Positions 41,030 through 53,110 of a DNA stretch of 64,000 nucleotides are shown piece by piece. Origin of the DNA: Nageia nagi (lineage: Eukaryota > Plantae > Pinophyta); the NCBI GenBank assembly GCA_050084985.1, contig JBITNC010000001.1, positions 80,228,001-80,292,000 on the forward strand, read 5' to 3'. The notes under the pieces were generated by a model that was not told the origin of the DNA, ran no database searches, and saw only the letters and a program-made list of their open reading frames with translations. Positions within the stretch are counted from its first letter, which is position 1; every line of letters starts with the position of its first letter. The position numbers and the translations under genes were made by a program.

Positions 41030-44000
41030 ATGATTAAGATCATGTAATTAATTCAAGTAAGACAAATCCAAGAGTATAAGAGAATAAATAACTTTCTTAG
41101 AATATCAGTTAGTGATGATGGCTCTTCTCATGCCACTACATCATTTTCATTAAAACTAGAGGCCAAATTTGAAATCCTTACTTTTAGAGGAGACATAGAT
41201 GCCAACAAGATCAATAATTTGTTGAAACAACTTAAGATACAATTTCAAATTCAATGTGTTCATAATGATATTAAAATAATTTCATTTTCATAATTAAAAA
41301 TGGGACATCATGCACTGGTTTGGTGGGAGATTCATGTATAATCCCTTAAGCATGAAAAAGAACCATACATCTCTTTTAGGGATAAATTCAAGAATATTTT
41401 AAGAGATCAATTATATTAATTGGGTGATCAACATCATGAAATAACAATTTCTCCATCAACAAAGAGGGTAATTAATCCAAGAACACACAACAAAATTTAG
41501 AACATTAGCAATTTTTGTTATGATTTCTCTTAATGATCCTCAAATTTTAATGAAGTACATTAAAAGTTTGCATAGTAATTTACAAAATCTTACTATGTTA
41601 TTTAACCTTACTAAATTTGAGCTAGTTTTAATACAAGATTAATAAATTAAAGAAGATATGAGGCAAAAAAAAACAAATATGAAACTTCTAAGAAGAATTC
41701 AAACAATATAGGGGCCCAAGAACAAGGTAAATATAATGATAAAGACAAAGGCAAACAAAAACAACAAGAAAAGAAAACTACAAATACTTCAAAGAGGAAG
41801 AGTGAAATTAGGAATTTTTCACATTGTGACAATAATGGACATTTTGATGATAAATGTTTCAAGCTTCAACCCAAATTATATCCTTATAAGAAGAAGAAGA
41901 AAAATATGAAAAGTTTATTCAATTTTTAATACTGATTCATAAATTAATTAGAATTCTAAAAGTTTAGTGGGAGAGTTGGGGTTGAATACATACAATAATC
42001 CACATACATATCCTCTTGTAGGGCACAACAATATTTCAAATTATAAATCACCAAATAATATAAGTTGCAATTTAGCATAAGTAAATATTATCATGATGAA
42101 ATGTTAATTTATGTAATTAATTTAGATATATGTTATTTTGTGCTTGGAAATCCATATTTATGTGATAGATATGCCTTATATTACATAAACAAAATCAATA
42201 TAGGTTGATCAATTAAGAAAAGTATTATTTCATTCATGCCCATCAAAATAAAAATTAGATGCCTTTGGTGACTACAAGCCAAGTAAAAGGATTCATTAAT
42301 ACAAGTAAAAAGTTCATACTATTTATGGTCAGAGTTTTTTTCAAATTGTTCCCATAAAAAGACTTCCAATGGTACAATATGCAATGTAAAAAGACCACCA
42401 AAAATATATTTCTAGGAGAATTAGATGTAGGGATTGTTGTAGGACTTTCAATAGGTGTTAGTAGATCCATCATGTTTACCACCTAAGTGAGATATTCAAT
42501 ATGAAATATAGTTTCTTCCTAATTTCCCTCTTCTTAATAGAGAGTTGTATCGATAATCAATTTTGGAGAAAGAGAAGATCAAAAATTCAATTCAAAAGTT
42601 AGTTAATTAGGGTTTTATTAGAATTAATACTTCACCATGTTGGTAATTTATTATTTTGGTACCAAAGAAGGATGGTTTGTGGAGGATATGCATTGACTAT
42701 AGGCATTTGAACAACATCATCATTAATGATCGCTATCCATTACCATGAATAAATGATCTTATGGATCAATTACAAGGGGCAAGATTCTTTTCCAAGTTGG
42801 AATTGATGAGTGGTTATCACCAAGTGAGGATGAAAGAAGAGGACATATGGAAAATAATCTTCAAAAGAGGATAAGGCCTATTTGAATGGCTTGTTTTACC
42901 ATTTGATTTGTATAATACATGAACCACATTTTTTAAGGTAATGAATGAATTCCTTAGACCTTTAATTAATTCTTTTATTTTTGTACACATGGATGATATT
43001 CTTGTGTATAGCCATACTTGGGAAGAAGTTATGATACATCTTAGAAAAGTAGTTCAAACATTACATGTTGTAAAAATTTTATTTAAAATAAGTAAATATG
43101 AGTTTGGAAAATAGTCTTTGGTGTATTTAGGCAAAAGTTTTGTGGTGGAAAACTCAAGATAAATCCCATGAAAAGTAGAGCCATTACAATTGGCCAAGGC
43201 TAAGATATACAATATAAACAAGGAATTTTCTTGGGGTTATTCTATATTTTAAGAAGTTTATTGTTAATTTCTCCAATATTTCTTTACCTTTACATGACAT
43301 AATAGGTAAGAGACAATGTTTTTCATGGGGGTATTCACAAAAAACCTTAATTTAATTTTCTTAAATACATGATTATTAATGCACCTATCTTAGTACTTCC
43401 TAATTTACAACAAATGTTTGAGATTGACACTCAATCTAGTGAGAATACTATGGTACTGATTTTTATGTAAGGGAGAAGATCAATTTATTATCATTTTAAG
43501 AAGTTTCATCCAACAATTTTAAATTATCCCACTTATAATAATGAGTTGTATGCTCTAGTTCAAGAGGTGAGGAAGTATAAGCATTATGTGATGAGAAGGA
43601 GATAATTATCCATAATAATAATCAACCATTGCTATAATATAAAAATTAATCAAATTTGTAACAAACATGAAATTATCGATGTATGGGATACTTTACTAGT
43701 TCTATTTGGTGCTAAAATACAAGAAAATCCAACTACAAATGAAATTATTGGCATGCTATCTAGGCCTCTTATTGCAGATAAAAGGAGTTTCATTGGTCTT
43801 AGTTCTAGATCAAAAGGATTAGTAGTGGTCCTTCACCATTATAATTTTATGAATATGATACTAATGCATTTTTATTCATTTGTTTAGGAGTCTTTTTAGG
43901 AAGCTAATTTATAGGATTCAAACTTTATGTATGAGTATCAAAGTTGAAACACTCATCTACACCAAATTGTAAAGGTATGGATGGGCATCATGTTGATTAT

Positions 44001-45290
44001 GGAATTCTTTGTAAATTGAATTTATTTTGTGTTCTTAATAGTGAAAGAGTTAAATTGATCAAAGGAAAAACATAAAAAACTAATCATCATTTTGGAGTTA
44101 GAAAGATGGTCCTAACTTTGCAAAGGTATTTGTATTGACCTAAAATCCAAGATCAAGTTGCAAAATACATTCGAGGATATGTTATGTATTGTGCAAGAAA
44201 GCCAAGTAATAAGAAACTAGTTTTGTATCATTGACTTCTTATTCATAATCATCCTTGGAAGAGTATATCAATGAATTTAATAGATGGGTTTCCTATGTCT
44301 AAAATGGGACATGATTATTCATTTATTATGGTGGATCATTTTAGCAAGATGTGTGTTTTGATTCCATATAAGAAGAATATTATGAGACAAGAAGTTGTAT
44401 ATCATTTTTTTTAATTATGTGTATGTTTTGTTTGATTTTCCTAATTTAATTATTTAAAATAAGGATTCATGATTTCTAGATAAATTTTATACCTATTTGT
44501 GGTAGAGAATAGATACAAGGTTGAAGAGGAGTACCAACTTTCATCCTCAAATGGATGGTTAAATTGAATTGGTAAATATAATAATTATTCAACTCTTTAT
44601 AGGCTATTATGGTGAGCATTCTAAGACTTGGGATTATCATATTGTCCACATTCTATATGCATACAAAAGGGCAATCCATAATTTTACAAGCAAAGCACCA
44701 TTTGAGATATATTTTGGCTATCTTCCTCTATCACCTTTTAATTATATTTTTAGATAATAATAGGATAAAGAAGTTTAAATTTTGATAGAAGATAGACAAG
44801 CTAAAATTTTTATCGATTAGATTAGGCAAGTTCATTTCAAAGTTTGAAAGAAACTTAAAGCAAGTCAAAGTAAGTACAAGTTGATACATGAAAAGCATAA
44901 GGTTGATTAAAAAGTTTAAGTGGGAGATCATGTTTGGTTATATCTTAGTAAAGATAGGTTGCAAATATGAACCAAGAAGTTGAAACCAATTAGATATGGA
45001 TGATTTCATTTTATGGAGCAAGTGAGATCACATTCAAGTTTGATTTACCCACTTACATGAATATTTATTTAGTCATGAATGTGGAAAACTTAAAATTTTT
45101 TTATCCATAAATATTGATTGAAGAAGAATAAGAAGATAATCACATTTTTCCATCAGTTGAAGGCTTCATTCCTCACATCATGAATGCATTATAAGAAGAC
45201 TCATTTTTGTAAAAGAAGATGCATAGAAAAGGGAGGGATAAATAAGAAATTTGGTTGATTAGATTGAAGGAGAAAATGCTCAAACTGATT
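41030..45290 (+). mobile_element. Chromovirus-like Ty3/gypsy internal region, decayed, LTRs not recognised
   Basis: gag FEILTFRGDIDANKINN..ALVWWE and knuckle CDNNGHFDDKC (~41825); [30 protein letters not shown] and HMDD (42650-43000); RH ~43380-43770; integrase HPWKSISM..VDHFSK..FHPQMDG (44050-45100). Confidence 0.88.
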
Positions 45291-45890
45291 TGATTCTAGG
45301 AGTTGAGATTATCACAATCAATATTTAAGCTTGAAATTAGACATATCCATGTAGTTTAGTGATGTGGTGGTATAAGAAGTCTATTAGTAATGGTTTATTT
45401 CTTATCATATTTGGGCTTCTAGTGGTCCACATTATAGTTTCCTAGGAAATTGAACTATGAGAAGATATTTTTGGATTTGAATTATTTTCCTCTCCTGTAT
45501 ATTCCTAAAGGCTCTACATTTTGAGCTTGTTGAGGGATTGTGAAAGGTGTTTTGATGATTCTATGGGATTGTTGGAGTATGTTATTGACTATTTGAAGAT
45601 TTCGTATCTAATTCAAGGAGGTTACAGGTTGAAGAAGGAATTTTTCTATTCTACAATAGTGTCATGTCCATATTCTTCTTACTTATTATACCATTTGGTC
45701 CCCATAATGAAGAAGAGATGTTAAACTTGATGTTCATCAACATTAAGAGGAACTGGTAGAAATTTGTTTATGTTCCTTTATTTGATTATCATTTTTAATA
45801 TTTTTAATGATTTCCTTTAAGTATTTTACATCTTTTCAATGTAAAATTAGGGAATTCTGAGGTTAGGGAATTAATTCTGATTGAGGCTAT

Positions 45891-46600
45891 TAACCGCCTT
45901 CGTTACCTGTGTAAAGGATGGTAAACAGCCCGAGATCTGTATGAGAAAAGAAGCCGCCTCGTTTATTGAATTTCCGTCAGAAGTATAGTGATTAATACGC
46001 ATATAGGACATGCGGTTTTGGAATTCAGAGACATAAAAATGCTCGACGTCCAATTCAAGGACTACAAGAATGATTTTGGTGATTGTTCGTGCGAGATCTG
46101 CCAACAGGATCGTATACGTTGTAATAGTTTTGCTGAAACCCGATAGGAAGACTGCATTAGTTTTGTACTTGTATTAGAAGAAGATTACATGAGCATCGGA
46201 AAACAACATACCAGAATAGTGGATTTCCGTGTTGTGGCCATATTTTACTGCATATTTGAAACAATGAGTCTGAATGAGGTGGGTTGTGGATGCAGAAGCT
46301 CTTATAGACATTGTTGATGAAATAGCTATCAATGGGGTGTTCTGTGGCGGATCTTTGCTTGGCCTCCGCGGGCATGGCACATAGTTGTTGGAGGACTGAA
46401 TCTACGTCTTGAAGAAGAGTATCTGGAATTCCATGGTTGACAACTCTGAAAAATCCCCATTCTTGGCAAGCATTTTTCACTTTGGCAATGACCTCGTGAT
46501 AGTGGGCATCATGAGTTGTTTGTGCGAATGGTGAAAGGTCAATGAGAGGGAGAGCGGCTTCGAGACCAAGATCAGGGGAATTCTGCTGCGAGAACGGCAT
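45891..46600 (-). pseudogene. 2-oxoglutarate/Fe(II)-dependent dioxygenase (DOXC, GA20ox-like), frameshifted and 3'-truncated
   Basis: Exon 1 46600-46212 encodes DIOX_N (LPLIDLS..ACQEWGFFRVVNHGIP). A 79-bp GT-AG intron spans 46211-46133. Exon 2 from 46132 reads CKTITTY..MRINHY. The Fe-binding SHTDLGLFTILY..EGG lies one base out of frame after ~45952, and homology stops at ~45891, before the distal His and RxS motifs. Confidence 0.9.
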
Positions 46601-47083
46601 GGTGGAAGAACTTTGGAAGGCAGATGACAGCCAAAAGATATGTAAAACGGCAGAAAGTATCACAAGAATACAGCACACGATGAACGTGGCCGGCAGTGGT
46701 GGGGTTTGTTATTAAAAAGCTAAGATAGTGTGACGGGTATCGAGGTGGAATGTTCTGAGCTGTGTTGGATAATCGAACAAGACAAATGACGACTTCCGGA
46801 AGGAATACCACCGTTAAAAGGGGCGAGGCGTGAGCCTAGAATCTATTATAGTAGGAGCTCCACCTATAAACCCTACTATATAATAGCTCTTCCCGGTCTT
46901 AGGGTTGGCGGTGTCTGAATGCCGAACATGTGATATGGGAACGGCACATAGGTTTATTGGTTAATGATGTTCGGTGCTTAGTATAGCCTCATCTTATATA
47001 ATAGTCTCACGATCATGTGTGTAAGTATAAAATTCTAAAATTGGAATAATGTTGTAATCTCTTTTAATAAGAAGATTGATTTT

Positions 47084-50000
47084 TTGATAGATATATTTAA
47101 TAGAGTAGAAGAAGTCATAGAGAGAGCACATTCTAGAAATAGAATCATTGTTGAATCAAAAATAGAGTCTCTCTACGAAAAAATTGATTTATTGGTTTTA
47201 AAAGTAGAACCAAAGAAAACTACTTCTTATTGGGAACCCAAAGAGTCCAGCCATGACTCTGCCTCTTCTTCTGAGACTTCTGCTAGTACCCAAACCTAGT
47301 GTAAAGTAAAACAGTTGGCTGAAAAGTTGCTTTTAGTTGAGTATACCAAAAAAGCACTTGAAAAAGATTTTCTACCAGATAAAAAGGTGAATATGGCATA
47401 ATCTCATATGTTTGAGATTTTTAATGATGAAAAAGGTTAAGGAGAAACTTCTCAAGCCCAACCTTTGAATAGTACAGCAAGAACTCAAAATCTTTAGCTT
47501 TCCTATTATAAGATTAAATGTAAATCACCAGAATAAATATGAGAAATGATCCATGGTATTTTAGGATGGTCTAACAACCACATAGAATAGTTAAACAAGG
47601 ATCCTTACACTACAACTTAGCAAGTAGCTATTGGATTTGTTGGTATTTTAAAAGAGTGGTGGGATAACATCATGGAACAAAATCAGAGATTAATTTTATA
47701 GAATAGTATAGTTGGCCTTTGCAATACTATTATAGCATAATTTATTGGAAGTTTAGAACAAAATTTTGAGATTACCAAACAAAAATTCATGTCAGCTCGA
47801 ATTTGTGACATGAGTAAACTTAAAAAATATTAGTGTAAAATGTAAGGATGGTACTACAATTCTAGCTAGATACATAATGCATTAATGAAAATAAGGTACA
47901 TTGAATCCTTTTCTGAATTCTTCAGAGAGGCTTATAAAAAGAACATTACTATTTTAGGTCTTAATAAAGAAACACTTTTTTTTGCTCAAATCAATTAAAT
48001 TATTAATCAGACACAGAGAGTTGTGTCTAGAGCAGAGAAAAAAAAAGAATTAAAAAAGTAACATAAGCTTTTGGGAACTTCATTCTATCAAGAAAATATG
48101 AAAGAAGACTTTGATTGTTATTATGAACCAAAAAAAAAAGTTTCTCAAAGGTAAACAGTTTCATAAGTCTTACAAGTTTTTCAAATGCATAGATTGTAAA
48201 AATTATAGTACATCTTACAAGAAAACTCCATGGCATAAAAAGAGAAAAGTCTTTCATAAGCAATCTCATTTTTCAAAGAAACATATTAAGTGTTTTATCT
48301 GTAATGGGTCACATTATGCTATAAAGTGTCCTCAGAAAGTAAAATCTAGTGCTTAAAGAAAGGTTAACATGATTTCTTCTTTAGATATATGTGAATCAGA
48401 TTATCAATTAGTGTTATATACAAGTGGATTTGATTCTGATATTATATATAGTTCAGATGAATTTGTAAACCTTAATAAGCAAAATTCTAATTCTTCTTCC
48501 AACATTGATTCTAATGTAGATTTCCAGATCCATATGTTCAACCTCAGTAAACCTACTATTCTTGATATCTTAGAATAGCTTCAATAGGCTCAAGAGCATT
48601 TAAAAAAGGTTCCCTATTACGATCTTACTCAAAAAACTTATTATGAAAATCTAATTAGGTCCTTATAGAATTAGTATTTCAATGCTTTGTCAACTCAGTA
48701 TTCTACATCTGCAACATAGAAATGTGGTGAATTAGCAACTTCTTCCTCTACAGAAATGGTAAAATAATTTGCTACTTCTGAGCATTATAAGTTTTGCACT
48801 TGTAATGAGTATATGATGTCCCAAGGTTTACTTAAACCTAAAATTAAAAAAGTTTCATTAAGAAAAGAAACACACTATCTAGATATTCTTAGAAAGCAAC
48901 AGTTTGCAGAAAGAACAGAGTGGAAGATAAATAGAATAGAAAAATTGTAGAACTTCCTCAGAAAGGTAAAAGTTGAGTTTAAAGATCTGTTAAAAGAAGA
49001 AGATTACAATGAAGTAATTCTATATGAAACAGAATTAACAACAGCGATTTCTTAGAATCAAAGCCTTCCCACAAAAGCTACAAATCTTAATATAAATTTT
49101 GTCAAACACACTTATTCCCCTGTTTGCACCATGATAATCAAAATTGATGGTTTTAAAGCTTACAATCTTGATGCTCTCATTGATATAGGAGGAGAATGCA
49201 GTTTGGCATGAAGAAATGTAATCCTATAAGATCTTTGGATAGCAGATAAGGTTGGTCTAACTTTTAACTCTAAAAAATCTATATCCAATCTTTTTGCAAA
49301 AGTACCCTTTAAAGTTGGTGAAAAAATAGTACTCTTCAAGCTTGTGCAACATGAAATGAAAAATTATGATCTAATGATAGGTTATGATAATATGTCTAAG
49401 TTAATACCCTTCAACATTACAACAAATAATTATTTAAAATTATGAGTCAAGTTGCCATTGAAAAGCTTTTAAGAGTTTACTATTTTAGTCTAAGATCCAA
49501 AGCCAAAGATTAAGAACACAGATTGGATTTCAACATCCATAAATCTCAATTTTTTAAATTTGAATGAGCTAATAAAAAAAATAAAGGCTAATCTGTGCTC
49601 TAAAGATCCTATTGCATTTCAACATAGAAAAGTTCATGAATGTGGGATAGAATTAAAGCTTGAAGAAAAGAATGGATAAAAGGTAGAGCCCAAATTTAAG
49701 GTTCATCATATTGGTTCAAACCTTATTTGAGAAAAGAATGAGATTAAGAAATTTTTGATTTGTTAGCAAAAGGGTTAATAGAAAAATCAAATTCTCCTTT
49801 GGCTTGTACAACATTTTATATAAATAAAAGGTTAGAGGGAAAAGTAATAAATTATAAACCTCTTAACAAATAGGTATTACCAATACAACATCCTATTCCA
49901 TCCAAAGATGAGTTGTTAAGAAGACTTCAAAAAATTGCTATTTTTTCAAATTTTGATCTCAAGTTTGGTTTTTGGTAAATCTCTCTTAAACTGTCACATA

Positions 50001-50940
50001 GGTACAAAATAGCATTTGTGGTATCTAGACAATAGTATCAGTGGACTGTGCTTCCATTTGGACTTAAAATAGCTCTTATTTTTCAAAAAATCATGGATGA
50101 TATCTTTGAATCCTATCATTCTTTCATTTGTGTATATATTGATGATATTCTTGTATTTAGCAAAGATGTGAAATAGCATTTAAAACATCTTGAGTAGTTT
50201 CATGATATTTGCTATGAAAATGGTTTAGTACTGAGAAGATCAAAAAGTGTGTTTTGTATAAAAGAAGTTCAATTTCTCAAATTCCATAATTAAAGTTGGA
50301 AAAGTACAGTTACAAAATCATATTTTTGAAAAGATCAAAAACTTTCTAGATGAGATTCTCATAGTTAATTAACTTTAGCAATTTCTTGGTTGTGTAAATT
50401 ATGTGTCTGGTTATTATCAAGCTATTACATCTAATTGAAAGTTGTTAAATACCAGACTCAAGAAAAATGCTCCTTCTTGGACTCCTACAATGACTAAAGC
50501 AGTCAAAAGAATCAAAGATAAATGTTCTAAACCACCTCCTATGTCTCTCCTTAGATCCATTTTAAAGTAATTGAAATAGATGTAAGTGATAAGTTTTGGA
50601 ATGCTATTCTGAAAGAAAAAACAAAAATAGGTGAAAAAATTTGCAAGTATGCTTCTAGTAGTTTTTTTGGAGCTTAGTTAAGATATCCTTCTCCTCATAA
50701 GGAAATTCTTGTAGCAATAAAAGCAATTAAATCATTTCAGTTCTTTATTTAGTTTGAAAAGTTTATTCTAAGATCTAATTTGAATAATATGAAGGGATTT
50801 CTAAGTAAAAAGTTTGATAAAGCTTCAGACAGTAACAAAATGCTAAGGTGGAGTTTGTGGTTTGATGACTATGATATCACTTTTGAGTATATTTCAGGAG
50901 TTAAAAACTCTATTGAGATTTTCTTACTCAAGAATACCAT
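47084..50940 (+). pseudogene. Viral ORF1 polyprotein: coat protein, zinc knuckle, aspartic protease, RT, RNase H
   Basis: CP GFVGILKEWWDN (47633-47668); knuckle CFICNGSHYAIKC (48291-48329); protease ALIDIGG (~49175-49193); YIDD (50135-50146); RNase H ~50570-50937. Many premature TAG/TAA/TGA stops. Confidence 0.88.
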
Positions 50941-51690
50941 GTCAGTATGGTTACACATTGGAGAGCTAAATAGATAGTCATAAGCACTTTGTCAAAACTA
51001 TTTGAAGTATACTAAAGGAACTCTACATCTTGGTATACACATGAGCTATTCATTGAACAAAGAATGGCTATTTCTTTACCAGATGGAAGAATTATTAATG
51101 TTCCTAGCATATATCCCATACATATCAATATTGTTAACCATTTAATGGGATCTAGAGCTTTATTATGCCATCTAAGAGATATATATTGCAAACATTATTG
51201 ATATAATATAAATGAAGATTATTTTATAAGAAGGATAATAATTTTCATAAATAGGATTCATGGCATTTATCAATGGCCAACTCAAGATCCAAATCTTGAA
51301 ATTAAGATTAATGGGTTCAAACTCATTTACAAACCGTACAAAGGATATTTCTTTACCCTTCTTACTTATCAAAATTCCATATTTTCTCATAATTATTTTG
51401 TAAGGTTTGGTATAGGTTTAAGAGATAATTCTGGAGAAATTTTTTATTAGTTCAAAGAATGGTTTATGAAGTTTGGCTTAATAGTTGACCACTTTCCTCC
51501 TCAATATCATGATCTTACACCTCATTACCATTTCAAAATGATGATTGACATCCATGCCACCTGGCTGTTTCAATGGAAGTGGATAATTGAGAATCAAATC
51601 CTTACAGATGAATCACTTATTAAAGTCTTTTCAAAATAGATTGAAACAAAGTGGTATCCAACTCAGCAATGCATTCGTAAAGCATGGTAG
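50939..51690 (+). pseudogene. Viral ORF2, florendovirus ORF2-like, function unknown
   Basis: The ATG abuts the end of RNase H. Stitched translation ..TYQNSIFSHNYF..FKEWFMKFG..HFPP..WLFQWKW..IETKWY follows the YQN-xxx-HSWF / WWxxFG / PWIxxW / KWW pattern recalled for florendovirus ORF2. Confidence 0.7.
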
Positions 51691-51924
51691 GCCTTTTAAC
51701 CCATGTTAAATAATATTGGTTGATAATTTGATTTGGTTAAATCAAATCGGGAGTGCCCATCATAGCATCCTTATCCACTCAGGGTGTGAGTGGGAATAAA
51801 TTTATTATAAGTGGCTTGCTTTAAGTTACATCAAGTTACCATACAAAATATGGTGTAGCTTTAATAGCTTATATTTAGATTTAAGAAATATTTATTATAA
51901 TCTGTTGATCCATATTTGAGCCAT

Positions 51925-51932
51925 TATAAATA
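51925..51932 (+). promoter_or_regulatory. Putative TATA box of the viral pregenomic promoter
   Basis: TATAAATA followed ~12 bp later by CTCATTTGT, in the intergenic region after ORF2, where caulimovirid promoters lie. Confidence 0.5.
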
Positions 51933-52049
51933 AAGCATTCAAGCTCATTTGTGATTGCCTTATAAATATGGTGTAGTTAAGAGGCCTTGTATTTGTGGAC
52001 TAGTTTGTGTCTATATTAGATGTATGTTTTTGCATCTACATTGTGTTTT

Positions 52050-53110
52050 TTTGGTAGTTTTTTATTGCCTTGTTAGGTTCCTTCACAAGTCTCATAGCCC
52101 AACTCATGCTTTCTATCCTTTTCCTTAAGGTAGCTTATTTGAGTCCTTCGTGGATCTTATGGTGGTCTTCCCATTACCTTATCTTGTGACTTGCCATTTC
52201 TTCTTGTCAGAATTAAGGGGGGATTTTCAACTACAAATGCTTCCTCTTTTTTTATGGATCTCAACATACGAGCTCCAAGCTTGGTTCTCTAATGATGTGT
52301 ACTTTATTCTTTACATACAGGCTCCTCTCTTGGCTCTCTAATGATGTGTGCTCCTTATTCTCCATGGTATATAAGCTCCTCACTTATCTCTTGGCCTGGC
52401 TCTCTAATGACATGTTCATAAGAATTATGCTAATTTTTTTGTTTATGGTCTACTAGTTGCATTGTCAATATACTTTTCATAGTGGAGTTCATGCCCTATT
52501 TTTAGGTTGAGGGACTCTCTTTGTTGGTGTTGATTGAGTAGTGTTGTGTGGCTTGCTCCTGCATATTGGTAGCTCTTTGATCCTAATTTCTTTGAAGGTT
52601 CTTCACCTTCTAGCTTATATTTGTTCGTTGGCATCACTATACCGGATTCAATGAGCATGATTTCTTGAGATGTGATGGAAGTTATCCACCTTGTTGCTCT
52701 TCTCTCTCTCTTTTAAGGGGGATTTTTTCTTATGGGTTTTCTCCTTTTCTCTACTTGTGAGAGATTTTTTTTACATGAGTACCTAATCATGCCTTGTTGC
52801 TAGGACTCATTTTTTTATAAATGTGCCACTTTACCTCCTTGTTCACTTAAGGGGGGTGTTAGAGTATATTATACTTGGTATAATATGTGCTTAAGTTATC
52901 TAGGAGTATTTTATTCTTTATTCCTAGGTTTAATTATTTGTTATTTTGTTATGATTAGATCATAACAAATATTTATCATCTTTTGGATTTTATCCTCATG
53001 CATGGTTATCATTCATTTGTCCACTAGCTTGTACTTTGCCCTATTTATTTGGGCTGTACTTCATTATATAATATCAATTCTTATATTTCCTTTCACTCAA
53101 CTTCTTATCT
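52050..53110 (+). mobile_element. 3' end of an LTR retrotransposon (PPT plus short LTR starting at 52857)
   Basis: TTAAGGGGGG|TGTTAGAG is a PPT/LTR junction. Further TTAAGGGGGATTTT motifs occur at ~52214 and ~52713. Both outer boundaries are approximate. Confidence 0.55.

Larger units (their letters stand above)
46832..51952 (+). mobile_element. Endogenous pararetrovirus (Caulimoviridae), florendovirus-like, decayed
   Basis: Leader, then a CP-AP-RT-RH polyprotein, then ORF2, then a TATA region. No integrase and no LTRs. RT/RH motifs are caulimovirid-type (INYKPLN, FSNFDLKFGFW, WTVLPFGLK, VYIDDILVFS, LRWSLWFDDYDITFEYISGVKN). Confidence 0.9.

Noticed and set aside
45847-45868. TTAGGG hexamers as telomere-healing repeats
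   Set aside because: Only two, non-adjacent, and not the plant TTTAGGG array.
46601-46678. Signal-peptide-like N-terminal extension of the 2OGD ORF
   Set aside because: The ORF-track start is GTG, not ATG. The ATG at 46600 gives a normal DIOX_N start, and these enzymes are typically cytosolic.
47084-50940. Reading the 47-51 kb polyprotein as a gypsy retrotransposon
   Set aside because: No integrase, LTR or PPT-LTR junction follows RNase H, and the CP, RT and ORF2 motifs are caulimovirid-type.
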